A DNA stretch of 64,000 nucleotides from Pristiophorus japonicus (GCF_044704955.1 NC_091999.1:25916001-25980000), one strand, 5' to 3'. Counted from the first letter of the stretch, positions 1-13,746 are shown. A program made the numbers and translations. The notes: generated from the sequence alone by a model not told the origin.

Positions 1-129
1 CCCCCTGCCTCCCTCTGACTGATTTGCCGCAAGACAAACGACGCTCTGTATACATTTAGCAACGCCCACTGCCATATGACACATTTACTGCAAGAGAACG
101 GACACTCTACAAACAAAGATACGAGCATA

Positions 130-2230
130 CATGCAATGATGGAAAGGTTAAGACCATCTGGTCCATTGAGCCTGTCCCACGCCGCCCGAAACCATGTGAT
201 CTCCTGGAAGTAGCAAAAGTCTGATTAAAAACCCAGGCCAATTTGGGGGAAGAAATTTGGCAAATTCTTCTCTGATCCATCTAGATGATCGAAACTAGTC
301 CAGGTGATTACTCTGGCCTTGAATTCCCTGCAGTACCTCCCTTCTATAACATGTGATCTCTACCGCAGCCAGAAACAAATCCTGCTTTCACTTGAGGAAT
401 TCAGTGAGTCTGCATTCATTTCATGAAACGACAGATTGTACAGTGGTCTACTATCTTCTGGGAAAAGATCCACCTCCTGACATCTAACCTAGATCTAGTC
501 CTATACAACTTAAATGTGTGATACCTGGTCCAACCTAACCTAATTAATTGAAATTAACTATCGGTTGGAAAACCTTCTATTTCCTTCATTATTATATAAA
601 CCTCAATCAGATCCCCCCTAAGTCTACGCTGATCTAAGGAATTGAGTACCAACTCATTCAACCTATATTGGTAATTAAAATGCTTTATACTTGGAAATAG
701 CCTCGTGACCTTCTTGTTCTCCTTTTCAGAGTGTCAATATCACCTATCATGTGAGGAGGACAAAAATGGACACAGTATTCAAAACTCGGTCTGATTAAGG
801 CCTTGATCAAGGACATAACAGTATACGTCCTATTATAATCAAATGTCATTTGGATACACCCCGATGCCTTATTTGCTGTAACTATCACTGCACGGCATTG
901 CTCATGTAACTTTAAGGATGTATGTACTAGAATGCGCAATTCCATTTCTATCTGCGCCAACTTTAATACCTTTCCCTGGAGGGTGTAAGAATGTGAACAT
1001 TTGCCCTAACTACATGCATAAATATGCACTTATCTAAGTTGTACATAATTTTCCAGCCTTGAGCATAATCTACCAGCACATCAAGATCTGCCTGAAGCAG
1101 TCGAGCATCTGCTATAATTCAAAATCTCACTCAGATCTTGGTATCATCTGCAAATTTAAAAATTTTGCGCGCAATCCCAAAATCTAGATCATTATTAAAA
1201 ATAGTAAAACACAATATACCCAACACTGACCCCTGCGGGACACCACGGGTGACTAGTCTACAATCAGATTCAAATCCATCAATTATTACTTTTTGACTGT
1301 TTCCTGCCAGCCAGTTCTGAATCCAACTCAATATATTTCAACGTATACCAGAGGCTCCGATCTTATACAAAAGCCTTTTGTGCGGTATTTTTCAAAATGT
1401 TTTGGGAAATCTGAGTGGACAATGTCTACTGGGCTTCCCTGATCCACAAACTTCGTAACTTTTTCAAAAAATACAATTAGATTTGTGAGATACTACCTCT
1501 TTTTTATGAAGTCATATTGGTATGCCTAAAATGTCCCTCCCTATCCAAGTATTCTTAAATCCCTTATGTTTGCTTCAAGCATCTTACATATTACTGATGT
1601 TAAACTGATGGGCCTATAGTTGCCCGAGTCTGTCTTGTCACCTATTTCAAAAATGGGGTCTGCATTAGTCTCCATCCAATCTGTAGGACCCATTCAAGAG
1701 AGCAGTGAGCTATTATAAATACAGGCCAGCAGCTCTCACAGCTCATGTCCTATCTCCCAGAGGACCATCAGGTGGATATCATCCAGTGCGGCTGCTCTAT
1801 CTATTTCCAAGTTCTTAATTACTTTTACCCTAACGTTTTTATCTTTGGTAATGCTGCTAACAAAACTAGTAGAATTAAATTCTAATATTCGAGAATCATT
1901 TTCAAGGGTGAAGACTGATGCAAAGTACAAATGTAATATTTCCACCATTCTTAGTGATTCCTTTGAAACCTGCCCTTGAACACCCTTCAGTGGCCCAATA
2001 CAATCTTTGATAAGTCTCTGATTCACCACGTAAAGAAAAATGCTGATCCCATTACTGCCACAGTTGTCTACAAACCATTAGTCCATTAGTGTTTGATGAT
2101 GTGATAGCAGCCATCATTTTCTTTAGCTGTTTCCTGTATTCAACCCTGTTTATTTGAGTATTGCATGTTTTAATTGATAAAACACGTTTCTGTTTACATC
2201 TTATTTGTCTGTCTAGTTGTACCATCCCGA
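130..2230 (-). mobile_element. Degenerate CR1-type LINE (ORF2 RT region + 3' UTR)
   Basis: Broken minus ORFs carry CR1 RT motifs: WIQNWL..GVPQGSVLG..KFADDTK (1131-1331) and ALIRPSFEYCVHFCPP (685-960). Confidence 0.85.
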
Positions 2231-2440
2231 TTATTGATTTATCGGATGATGAGGGATGTGCTTTATAATTTTAGCACCCCTTCTGCCGTATGATGGTTTG
2301 CTGCAGAACAAGGGGTGCTCTGTCCAAAGATAGCACCACCTACTACACTATGACTGCTTTATTGCAGGATGGGAGACAAAAGTTATCATTAGATCGCACA
2401 ACTGCTTTCTCCCATTGAGATAATTTGGGTCTGATTAAGG

Positions 2441-2748
2441 AACATAACAAACCATTAGAAATAGGAGCAGGAGTAGGCCCTATGCCTCTCGAGCCTGCTC
2501 TGCCATTCAATAAATTCATAATTGATCATCGAACTCAACTCCACTTTCCTGCACAATCTTCATATCCCCAGATTCCCCATAGACTCCAAAAATCTATCTA
2601 CCTCAGTCTTGAATATATTCAGAGATTCGGCATCCACAGCCCGATGAGGCCGAGAATTCAAAAGATTCACAACCCTCTGAGTGAAGTAATTCCTCCTCAT
2701 CTCGATCCTAAATAGGCTTCCCCTTATCCTGAGACTGTGCCCCATAGT
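2441..2748 (-). mobile_element. CR1 LINE 3' fragment
   Basis: GHSLRIRG..FRIEMRRNYFTQRVVNL C-terminus followed by the typical 3' UTR. Confidence 0.85.
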
Positions 2749-3098
2749 TCAAATGAAAACACCAGGAATTGAACTCGGACCTCTATGCTGTGTATGGTTT
2801 TATGCCATCTTCGAATGTCCAGATGGAGATTTACATTATATTTTCCTTAGAAAGATACGGAAGTCTTTTTTCCCCTGCCACATGGTGCAATATTCATTGG
2901 AAGTTATTGTAATGTAGAAAAGGTGAACTCGAAAATGGCTATCTTAATTTGTTTGTTTCAATGACCGTAGCTCACAATAAAATTGCATAATCTGATTGGC
3001 TCACTAGGGATTAACATTCGGTATAACTAAGGGATCATTAGAATGAGCCACAACTCATATTGGAGCTACTGTCTCCAGCAATTCGTTTCTCACAGAGA

Positions 3099-5978
3099 AT
3101 GCACGCCCCTGGAAACAGTCCAATACTTGCCATTTACTATCCGCTTCTCGCTGCTGTCGGTGTTCCAGGTAAGGTATTACAGCAAGTCATTGGTTGTTAA
3201 GGATATCACGGTTTCTACTGATGATCTGCATCTTTACCCGATTTGGCATTTTGTGTTTCGAGATTTTGCTTCACAGCCGCTTTGTTCATTGTGTTCTGAT
3301 GAAAGATCACTGATCTGATACATTAACTCATTTTCTCTCTCCACAGATGTTGCTTGACCTTCCAGGTTTTCTGGTCTCATTTCAAATCTCCCTGAGTGAG
3401 AGTATGTGTCTTCTGTATCCCTGTTCAGTGTGACATTTTATTGGAATTGTAAAGTTCCCCGGGTGTCCAATGCAAAATTTATTACAACATTATTCTGCAT
3501 CAGCGTGACTTCCTGTCCCAGAACTATATTCGCACTGCCTTCAGCTAATAATCTCTGTTCAAGTCCAAAAGTCGTTATTTTTAAAAAGTAAGAATCGTGT
3601 GACTGATGAAAAAATCTGAAGTGAACCGATGCGACAATGATCGGTCAATAATGTGTGTCTTGATATGTATTTCCCGCCACTTTTTATCAGTACAGTTAAT
3701 TCTGGTGATCAAACACAGGTTCACAAATGCTGTCGACGTTCAAATGTCCAGAAATGATGCGTGTAAAGGGTATTTAAAATGCATCTATTTCTGACTATTG
3801 CGTTGAAACGATACTAAAATCAACTGTGTGGTTGATAATGAAGAATAAAGGTGCAGACAGCAGGAAAATGTCTATCAACGGGTCAGGTGGGCAGAACAGT
3901 GGCAAATTGAATTTAATCCAGAGGTTTGTGAGGTAATGCATTTGGGGAAGGTTGAAAAGGAAAGGGAATACACATTAAATGGTTCACTGAGAAGTGTCGA
4001 GGGACAAAGAGACGTTGGAGTGCATGTCCACAGATCCCTGAAGTTAGCAGTACAGGTAGATAAGGTGATTAATAAGGCATAATTAAAGCTTGCATTTATT
4101 AGCCGCGGCATAAAATTCAAGAGCAGGGGGGGCTTATGCGTCAACTGTATAAAACACTGGTTAGACCACAGCTGAAGTATTGTGTGCAGTTCTGGTCACC
4201 GCATTGCAGGAAGGAGATGATTGAACTGGAGATTTACGAGCATGTTGCCGGTAGTGGGGAATATTAGCCACGAGGACAGATTGGATAGGCTGGATTTGTT
4301 TTTCTTGGAACAGAGGGGAAACTTCATTGATGTGTATAATGTTATGACGGGCCTAGATATAGTGGATAGAAAGGGTCTATTGCCATTAGCAGAGGGATCA
4401 ACAACCAGGATACATCAATTTAAAATAATTAAAAGTTTTAAAGGGGATTTGAGGGGAATTTCTTCATGCAGAGTGTTCTGGAACTCACTGCCTGAAAGGA
4501 TGGTAGAGGCAGAACCCCTCACCACATTTAAAAAGTACTTGGATATGCACCATAGGTGCCGTAACCTGCAGGATTACAGACCTAGAGCTGGAACGTGTGA
4601 TTAAGCTGGAAAGCTTCTTGTTGGTCGAGGGCCTTAAATGGCCTCCTTCCGTGCTGTAAGCTTCTATGAATCTATGAGTCTATATGATCGAATTTCTGAA
4701 CTGATTGAATGATTGCATCATTGACGTGTGATTTTAGCCATGCAATTATTGAAGGGATATTCTGAGTCATTAAATGGATGGCAATCAGTGAACGATAAAC
4801 GGTTGTAGTCACGAAGTTGCACCTAAAACTCCTTGGCCTGCTCTCACTGTCCTGCTCCTCATTCATTGCTTTAGTCCGCCCACGCTCCTTCACTTTCGCT
4901 GTTCCTGCTTCCCTTCCTCAAACATTATTCAAATCTTAACAGATCAATCTCTGCCGACAGGTCACTGAATCATTCCCATCGCGAGGCTGAAATATGATCA
5001 AAATAAATAAACATCAAGGAGGAGTGATACTTAATGTTACTGTTTTCTTTTCTGTCTATTTCCTGCAGCTAACTTGGTGATAATTGTGATCCTGTCCCGA
5101 GGAAAGTGCGGTCTTTCCAGATGTATCACTTGGTACCTGCTGTCCATGGCAGTGGCAGATCTCCTGGTCATTATCACCGCTGTGATATTAAACCGGATCA
5201 GTGGAATTTATTTTCAATTTAGTCTGCTGTCCACTACTCCAGGCTGTACTATAACATCTATCCTAATTTATGTAGCCACGGATAGTTCCATCTGGTTAAC
5301 AGTCGCTTTCACCTTCGATCGATTTGTGGCGATATGATGCCAGAAACTGAAAACAAAATATTGCACTGAGAAAAGTGCGGCTCTGATTATAGTCATGGTC
5401 GGTGCCCTGGCTGTTTAAAAAAACATCACTTCTTATCTCACTTATGAACCTATGTTCATAACTGACAATGTCCATGGTTATGTAACATCAAAGTAATATT
5501 TTATCGTTCTCCTCTATGGATAGTATATGACTGGCTTGACAGAATTTTAACGCCATGACTCCCCTTTCTCCTGATATTGCTGCTCAATGCTCTGATCGTC
5601 AGACATATTCTAGCGACGAGCAGAGCCCGCAGAAGGCTCCGGGCCCACAGCAATGGAGAGAATCAAAGCGACCCGGAGTTGGAGAGCCGGAGAAAATTAA
5701 TCGTTTTACACTTTACCATCTCGGGCAGTTTCATCCTATTATGGACAGTGTACGTTGTAAATTTCTTGTATGTCCGAATTACAAAGAATAATTATTTCTC
5801 AGGTTCCAATTTCAAAGACCCAAAATGTATTCTCCAAGAAACCGGAAATAGTCTTCAGCTTTTGAGTTCCTGCACAAACACGTGTATTTATTCAGTGTTC
5901 CAGAGTAAATTCAGAGAGGAGTTAATGGATGCGCTGAAATATCCAATGAATCTCATTATAAAATTAAACAAATTATAA
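3099..5978 (+). pseudogene. GPR139/GPR142-like class A GPCR pseudogene (shark-expanded family), 2 exons: 3099-3168 and 5069-5978
   Basis: Exon 1 ATG 3099 encodes MHAPGNSPILAIYYPLLAAVGVP, then donor g|GTAAGG. A phase-1 acceptor tcctgcAG|ct at 5069 gives ANLVIIVILSRGKCGLSRCIT..MAVADLL..AFTFDRFVAI; TM7 is SSCTNTCIY. Premature TGA at 5335-5337 and 5556-5558 (both at expected Cys) and frameshifts near 5410-5475. Confidence 0.88.
3870..4680 (+). mobile_element. CR1 LINE 3' fragment in the GPCR intron
   Basis: RFTSMLP..EDRLDRLDLF..WNSLPERMVEA..FKKYLD, followed by a ttctatga-type tail. Confidence 0.85.
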
Positions 5979-6086
5979 AAATGTATTTTCGTGTTAATTC
6001 TGCATTACATCACACCCAGTGGGCCATCCTGTCCTGTCAGTTCTGAACCAGCTTTGTCCAGCTCCATCAGCCCCAATAACATGGTC

Positions 6087-6176
6087 CATCTCGACATGCA
6101 AGTCTGAGAAATTGAATATCTCGACATCCACATGCACGATATCGTACATCTTGACATCCATGTGTGAGAAATCGTA
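6087..6176. repeat. 30-bp tandem repeat x3
   Basis: catctcgacat..gagaaatcgta-like unit at 30-bp periodicity. Confidence 0.6.
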
Positions 6177-6329
6177 CAACTGATTTGCGTGTAATTAAGA
6201 TTATATTTTAATCAGAGGGCCTTATTTCAGTACTGCCGGCGGTTTGTTTCCTCAGAGTAGTATTATCAAACCAATGCTAACAGATACTTTTCCATTCTAT
6301 CGTGCTCTCATGAATCACCATCGGCTCAC

Positions 6330-6442
6330 TGCATTACAACAGTGACTATACTTTCAAAAAGTATTTCACTGGCTGTAAAGCGCTTTGAGACATCCACTCG
6401 TTGTAAAAGGTGCTATATAAATCCAGTACTTTCTTTCTTTCC
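6330..6442 (+). mobile_element. Deu-SINE (SacSINE1/AmnSINE-like) 3' tail
   Basis: cattacaacagtgactatactttcaaaaagta..ggctgtaaagcgctttg..gctatataaat..tttctttc. Confidence 0.65.
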
Positions 6443-6569
6443 TTCTTAGAGTCAGGATTATGCGACTATGTGACAACCAGTTGTTATCCTGTAGAGACCG
6501 CTCTGAATATCCTTGATCCATAACTCTCAGGACTATTGCGAGTGGTGGATCATGGCAGCAGTCTCTGTG

Positions 6570-7900
6570 ATCCTGCGAAAAATGGAGACAAAATTTACAG
6601 TCACTTGGACAAGTATGGATTAATTAAAGGACGCCAGTATGCAGTTGTTAAAGGTAAATTGTGTTTAAATAACTTGATTGAGTTTTTTTACGTTGGTAAC
6701 AGAGAGAGTAGTTGAGGGCAATGCGGTTGATGTGGTATACATGAACTTCCAAAAAGTCGAAGTGCCAGCTAATACGTTTGCCTGCAAAGTAGAAGCCCAT
6801 AGAGTAAGAGGGAAAGTTGCAGCATGGGTACCAAATTAGCTGAATGACAGGAAAGAGTGATTAGTGATGAATGGAATGTGTTTCTGACTGGTATCTGTGT
6901 TACCCAGGAGTCTTTATCAGGAACGTTGCTTTTCTTGATATATATTAATGAATTGGACTTGGGTGTACTTGTCTCAATTGCAAAATTTACAGACGACACA
7001 AAACTTAGAAGTATGGTGAACATTGACGCGGACAGTGATAGACTTCAAAAGGGCACCGCAGGCTGGCGGAATGGGCGGACCAGTGGCAGATGAAATCCAA
7101 TGCAGAAAAGTGTGAAGTGTAACATTTTGGTAGGAAGAACAAGGAGAAGCAGTATAAATTAAAGGGTACAATCCTAAAGGGCGTGCATGAACAGAGAGAC
7201 CTGGGATACACGTTCACAAATCGTTGAGAGTGGCAGGTTGAGAAAGCAGTTAAAACAATAATCGCCATCCTGGGCTTCATAAATAGAGGCATAGCGTACC
7301 AAAGCATGGAAGTTAAGATAATCCTCTATAAAACACTGGTTCGTGCTCAACTGGATTTTGTATCCAATGCTGTGCACCACACTTTAGGAAGGATGTGAAG
7401 GCCTTCGAGAGAGTGCAGAAAAATTAGAACAATGGTTACAGGGATGAGGGATTTCATTTACGTACATAGACTGGAGAAGCTGGAGTTGTTCTCTGGTGCA
7501 GTGAACCTCGAGAGGACATTTGATAGAGGTGTTCAAAATCATGAGGGTTCGGGACAGAAAAGACAGGGCGAAACTCTTCCCATTGGCGGAAGGTTCGAGA
7601 ACAAGAGGACACAGATTTAAGTGGACTGGCAAAAGAACCAAAGGCGACTTGAGGAATAACTTTTTTATGCAGCGAGTGGTTATGATCTGGAAAGCACTGC
7701 CTGAAAGGATGGTGGTGGCAAGTTCAATCGTAGTTTTCAAAAGGATGTTGGATAGCTACCTAAAGGGGAAAAATGCAGGGCTATGAGGAAAAGGTAGGGT
7801 GTGGGAATAGCTGAGGTGCTCTTGCAGAGTGCGGACAGGGGCTCCACAGGCCGAAATGTGTCCATTTATGCTGTAACCCAATCTATGATTCTATGATCCT
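6570..7900 (+). mobile_element. Degenerate CR1 LINE (RT + 3' UTR)
   Basis: LLFLIYINELDLG..AKFTDDTKL; LIEVFKIM..KLFPLAEGSRTRGHRFK. Confidence 0.85.
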
Positions 7901-9019
7901 GCACCAGCCACAACATAATGATATGATGGTATGATATGGGCGCTATTACAACGTCACCAACAACACCTTAAAATTTAAATTCTATTTCCCATTGCAAGCT
8001 GCTATACTCAGTAAAGTGAGCAACTGTTTGGCAGGGAGGTATAACAGAAAGTAAAGAAGCATTGCATGCAATTCTTTTCCTGGTAAAAGGCACCAAATTC
8101 TTTAATTGGGTAACAGCGTTTGAATAGGATTGACAAATCGCCACGATGTACTTACTCTACTCCCTCTCATGTGAATTTGGCGCATCACTCAGAATACCAC
8201 TCAGTAACAATGAAGGAGGAGATATACAGATTTTGGAGGAGCATTTCTCTGGGTAGTATTTCTCAATGGTAATTCAAGCCTCCCTCCCAACTGCACCCCA
8301 CTTGTTCAAAATAAGAAAATATTCGGGGATGCAATTTAACCATTCAACGTTATGAACATTGCAAAAGAAGAAATTGGAATCAGTAAATAGAGTGAACAAG
8401 GGAAAGTGTGAGAGAGGAGAGAAAGATTGAAATGGAGAAAGAACAAGAAGCGTAAGAGAAAAAAATAAGATAATAGTAAAGGAAAGGAAAAATGACAGAA
8501 ATCAAGAAATGTTTTACTTTGTAATTGTCCTTCTATACTCGCTGTTTCTCTTAGATGTTTGTATTTATTCTCAAGATATGGGCGTAGATGGCAAGGCCGG
8601 AATTTATTGTGCATTACTGGCTGCCCTTGAAAAAGTGTTGGTGGGCTTTCTCCTTGCACCGCTGCAGTCCATGTGGTGAATGTGATGTCACGTAGGAAGT
8701 TCCAGTATTTCAACCCATGGACAATAAAGTAACAACGATAAATGAAAATTCCGGATGGTGCTTGACTTATAGAATCACACAATAATACAGCATTGAAGGA
8801 GGCCGTCTGACCAATCGTGTCTGTGCTCGCTCTGTGAAAGAACCTTCTCCAATCTACTCCTTCCATTAACCCCGCTGTGTTTTGGTCGACACGAATACGC
8901 TTCTTCTAATGAGTTGCAGTAAAGAGACTTGCAGCATGATTCAACGGGAATTGGAGCATTGCTGTGGGACAACGGTCCCGTACGTAGAATGATACAACAC
9001 CTAAGGACGCCGTTACGAC

Positions 9020-9440
9020 CTTTGTGCCTGTGCCTCCTCTTTGCAAGAGCTGTTCAATTAGTCCCACACCTTTGCATTCCGCCATAAAACTGTTCGTTTA
9101 TTCGTTCAAGTGTTTACACAATTCGATTTATAACGTTGCTACTGACTCTGCTTCCTCCACCCTTTCAGGCTCTGCATTGCGGATCAAAGCAACTCGCTGG
9201 GTAAAATAATGTTTCCTCGTGTCATCTGTGGTTCCTTTCCCAATTACCTTAAATCTTTGTCCTTTGGTTACCGACCCTTCTGCTCGTGGAAAGAGTTTCC
9301 CTAATTTAATCTCGCAAAACTCTTCATAATTTTGAACAACTCTATTAAATCTCTTCTTAACTTTCTCTGTTTTAATGAGATCAATGCCAGCTTCTCCAGT
9401 CCCTCCACAAAATCCCCACATCCCTGATATGAAAAGAAAT
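9020..9440 (-). mobile_element. CR1 LINE 3' fragment
   Basis: KLFPRAEGSVTKGQRFKVIGK..YFTQRV in ORF 9128-9421. Confidence 0.75.
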
Positions 9441-10859
9441 TAAACATGTTGTTTTAAAAGTTCCCTCAATTACAGATATTGCTTTATTGAATCGCTCGAT
9501 GACAGATATCTTCTTGGTTTGGTCTGTGGCTTCCCTAGAATTTTTTACATAGTCGAGCAGTTTGAAGCACCGTGATTCTCCGTCAACAGAAATAAACGGC
9601 GCTGTATTCATTTTCTGAATTGACAAAGGAAAAATTAATATACATTTAAATGACGAGCACCGAATTTTCCTCTTGCAAAATCGGCACCAATTTCTCTGGT
9701 GTTATTGCGGTATAAGGTAAACTGCGTTGTCGGGATCGGGTGCAGGCGTACCAGTAACGATCTGGATCTTCGGAACTGGTGTTGTAAGTGCATTTATTTC
9801 AGGTTTTTTCTCCTTCATATACCGTCATCTCATATTGAGGCTGCATTACCGAACTCCATTGGATTTTACCTGTAAAGCTTATTTAGATCATCATTTAATG
9901 TCCTTCTTAATTAGCACAATTTAAACCAGCACAGGGAACACTTACCACAACCTACCTGCGATCGAGATTATTCTGGTGAAATACATCGGCTATTATGAAG
10001 GTAATATATTTTGCCAGATACGTTTCTCTGCAGATCTCTAAATTGTGACTAAGTTTACCGGTTTAACCATCTCTGGGCTGCAGATGACTGGACCTGCAGT
10101 TTATTAACGTGCCCTGGCACTCACAGTGATGGAACTCAGTTCAACTCTCATAAAGAACCTCCCGCAACTTTGTAGATCTTGGCTCCGACTGCTGAAGTCG
10201 TATATAACGGCGGGCAGATCCTGCCACATTGGTTCCTGTGAGCCGACACACACTGAGATGGACCCAAAGGAGAGTCTCCTGTATGAAGGGCTCACAATAA
10301 ACTGATTTCTTGATACTCGTGGCAATGTCCTGCAGAGCCAATCAATTGGGCAGGTTGAGTATCTTAGCGACATGCACGAAGCAGAAGCCAACTGGTTGCA
10401 GCTAAAGTTAATTGTGAGAACAGAATGACAACATTCGCTGGCATCGCCTCGAATCTAGAATCAGAATATTAAGCCTGTGCTGGCACTTTGAAAGAGCTAT
10501 CGTATTAGTCCCACTCTTTTCCTAAAGCACTGCAATTTTCTCCCTTTAGTTATTTAACTAATTCCCTTTTGAAAGTTAATATTAATTCTTTTCCCCACTC
10601 TTTCACGTAGTATATTCCTGATCATAACTGCATCAATAAATTCGGCCCTTTTCACCTCAGGCTCCTTTTCCAATTTGCTTAAATCAGAAATCAAACATCA
10701 GGAAATATATGTGTCCCTGGTACTAACTTCAACTGAGTTGCGTACCTGGATTCCGTGGATGACGCCATAATCCCTCGCATACATCATAGCACAGTGATTG
10801 GCTGTTTCTTCGAAGGTTACTGCCGTATCCGTAGCATTTGTTCACTGATTTCACGTTGA

Positions 10860-11110
10860 TAGTATCAGAAGGAATGGCGCAGAGCAGGAAGACAGGATCT
10901 CCAGGGTGATGTTCAGTGAGTTCAGCGAGATGGTATCAAAGGGAATGAAGCAGAGCAGGGAGGCAGGATCCCTAGGAAGATGTTCAGTGAGTTCAGGGAG
11001 ATGGTATCAGAAGGAATGGAGCAGAGCAGTGAGAACAAATCCGTGGTTGATGTTCAGTGAGTTAAGCGAGATGGTATCAGAGGGAACAGTGCAGAGCAGA
11101 CAGAAAGGCA
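10860..11110. repeat. ~70-bp minisatellite x~4
   Basis: tgatgttcagtgagttcagcgagatggtatcagaaggaatggagcagagcag repeated. Confidence 0.75.
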
Positions 11111-11136
11111 GTCCGGGGAAGAGGTGACAGCGGGTT

Positions 11137-11955
11137 GTGTTTAATGTGAGATCATGCACTTTGGCAGAAAAAAATCAAAGAGCCAGTTATTATTTAAATG
11201 GAAAAAGATTGCAAAGTGCCACAGTTCAGCGGGACCTGGGGGTACTTGTGTATGAAACACAAAAGGATGATATGCAGGTACAGCGAGTGATCAGGAAGGC
11301 CATTGGTATCTTGGCCATTATTGTGAAGGGGATGGAGTATAAAAGCAGGGAAGTCTTGCTACAGTTATACAGGATATTGGGGAGGCCACAGCTGGAACTG
11401 TGTGCGGTTTTGGTTTACATATTTATGAAAGGATATACTTGCTTTGGAGGCAGTTCAGAGAAGGTTCACTCGGATGATTCCGGAGATGAGGGGGTTGACT
11501 TATGAGGAAAGGTTGAGTAGTTTGGGCCTCGACTCATTGGAATTCAGATCAATGAGATGTGATCTTATCGAAATGTATCAGATTATGAGGGGGCTTGACA
11601 AGGTGGATGCAGAGAGGATGTTTGCACTGATGGGGGAGATTAGAATTAGAGGGCATGATCTTAAAATATGGGGCCGCCCAATTAAAAAAGAGATGAGGAG
11701 AAATTTCCTCTCTAAGAGGGTTGTAAATCTGTGGACTTCGCTGCCTCAGAGAGCCGTGGAAGCTGGGACATTGAATAACCATATGATAGAAATAGACAGT
11801 TTTTTAAACAATAAGGGGCTATGGGGAGCATGCAGGGAAGTGGAGCTCAGGACATTATCATATCAGCCATGATATTATTGAATGGCGGAGCAGGCTCGAG
11901 ATGCAGTATGGCCTACTCCTGTTCCAATTTCTTATATTCTTATGTTTTTATGTAT
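11137..11955 (+). mobile_element. CR1 LINE 3' fragment
   Basis: QRDLGVLV..EYKSREVLLQLY..VQRRFTRMIP..RVVNLWTSLP, then a ttcttatg tail. Confidence 0.9.
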
Positions 11956-12387
11956 GTTCCTCATAAAGGAGAACGGCTGGCAGTGATCACCGTACTCATT
12001 TCTGTCTGTGTGGACCATATGCATTCAGGTCACCTTTAAAGAGTTGAATCGAAAACAAAACTTACATTATACGAATGCCCTCCCAGAGAGGAGGATGTCA
12101 ATCGTATATTTGGGCAGAACAAAACGACAATGATTTTACATCAGAAATTGATATTGCCCGTGCATCACACATTCTGTATGTAGGTGCCCAACGGGCACAA
12201 AGCTCCAAATGTACCTGCAGATGCCGCGTGAACCCTCATCTCCTCTCTGTCAAAAATAGTCTCTCCACCTGTCGTCTCTTTCTTGGCTTTCTGTATGTAT
12301 ATAACAGAAACATTGGAGCGCCTGTCTGTGTGTCAGTTAGGCCCCAGTCTTTGGGAATCATTCCAAGAGTTTGTGCTCCCTAGTATG

Positions 12388-12695
12388 TCTGGAAGTGTTT
12401 GATGGGACAGTATCGAGTGAGCTTTAATCTGTATTTAACCCGTGCTGCTCCTGCCCTGGGTGTGTTTGATGGGACGGTATAGAGGGAGATTTATTCTATA
12501 TTAAACCCGTACTGTACCTGCCCTGGGAGGGTGTGGAGTGCAAGTGTAAATGGAGCTGTTCTCTGTATCTAACCCGTACTGTACCTGCCCTGGGAGTTTT
12601 GATGGGACAGTGCAGAGGGAGCTTTACTCTGTATCTAACCCGTGTTGTACCTGCCCTGAGAGTGTTTGTTAGGACAGTAGAGGGAGATTTGCTCT
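12388..12695. repeat. ~67-bp satellite x~4.5
   Basis: gtgtttgatgggacagtg.agagggagctttactctgtatctaacccgt.ctgtacctgccctgg units; an inverted single copy also occurs at ~48260-48330. Confidence 0.8.
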
Positions 12696-12865
12696 GACGC
12701 ATACTATACTGTATCGGACTTTGGTGCATCAGAGGCCTGCTCTTTAATATAACCTGGCACGTGAAAGACAATAATATTAGAGGAGACCGCCTGGTCGCTG
12801 TGCAGTCATTCCGCCTCTGGTGCATGATGCAACAAGACAGGGGAAAATGTGCCTTCACTCTGATG

Positions 12866-12884
12866 GGACACTAGGTGGCGCAGT
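12866..12884 (+). promoter_or_regulatory. Candidate CTCF-binding site 3' of the IgM membrane poly(A)
   Basis: ggACACTAGGTGGCGCAgt closely matches the CTCF core CCAC/TAG(G/A)(G/T)GGCGC. Confidence 0.55.
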
Positions 12885-13050
12885 GGCTCCTTAACCGAAG
12901 GGACTTGGATTCAAACACAAACAGGATAGGACGCGGGAAGAATAAATTTCATGGAAATAAAACAACATGTGATAGGGAAATAGAACATGTGAAGGAGCCT
13001 TGGAGTAAGGAGTTCAGCAAAGTCCAATTTATTCCATTTGCCATTGCAGT

Positions 13051-13056
13051 TTTATT
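13051..13056 (-). terminator. Poly(A) signal of the membrane IgM transcript
   Basis: AATAAA on the minus strand ~420 nt after the TM2 stop; a second one at 13028-13033. Confidence 0.6.
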
Positions 13057-13472
13057 AACAATTTCACAGAGAACAATTTACATGAAGGTTTTCAAAAGTT
13101 CACACAAATTGAATATAACAAATGAGCGTCACATTAATACCAGAACACAGTCGGTCTGAGCTGCCAGCTATCTGTACAACTCTAACAGACATCAGGGAGA
13201 GAGAAACAGATGTTCAACACCAAGAGAAGGGAATAATTGTGAATCATGAATGATAAAAGTGACTTATGTACACATGAGATATTCAAACAATTGTTTAACT
13301 CCGAGATACATTTACATTATAGCCACGGTTATCTCACACATTTCAAACAGAGAAATGAAAAAATTGAAGGCAATTGACTCCGGGAATCACCAAGAGGACA
13401 TAATTTATTTTCAGGACACAGTGATGTGAACAACCAGAGGAGAAAAATCCACGGCGGCCGAAATTCAGTCAA

Positions 13473-13481
13473 TCACTTGAC
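13473..13481 (-). CDS. IGHM: IgM TM2 exon (VK-stop)
   Basis: ttttatccctcttttacAG|GTC AAG TGA, giving the KVK cytoplasmic tail. Confidence 0.88.
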   Translation of the reverse strand, partial: VK

Positions 13482-13618
13482 CTGTAAAAGAGGGATAAAA
13501 GTTTGAAGCAGCGTTTTAATGATTTGGCGCATTAATTTCAGGGTTGTTATCAATGAAACATTTAGAGATTTGTCAAACTCTTCAATCAACTCGAACTGAG
13601 TGCATTGAATCTTCTCAC

Positions 13619-13746
13619 CTTCATCAGAGTGATGGCAGCGCTGTAAGAAATGCTCAGGAAGAACAAGATGATGAATGTAGAAGCGGTTGTCCAGATGTTG
13701 CTGCTCTCGTCCTCACACTCTTCACTCCAGATGTGGTCTGAGGAAT
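13619..13746 (-). CDS. IGHM: IgM TM1 exon
   Basis: cccgtAG|(D)SSDHIWSEECEDESSNIWTTASTFIILFFLSISYSAAITLMK|GTGAG; intact CART-type WTTASTF..YS motif; absent from the ORF track. Confidence 0.93.

Noticed and set aside
5335-5558. Two Cys>TGA changes in the GPCR suggesting selenocysteine or readthrough
   Set aside because: Frameshifts lie between them and no SECIS was recognised; ordinary nonsense mutations.
10104-10391. Short ORFs in unique DNA 3' of IgM (possible extra exon or transposase)
   Set aside because: No recognisable motif or splice structure in the frames examined; left unassigned pending BLAST.
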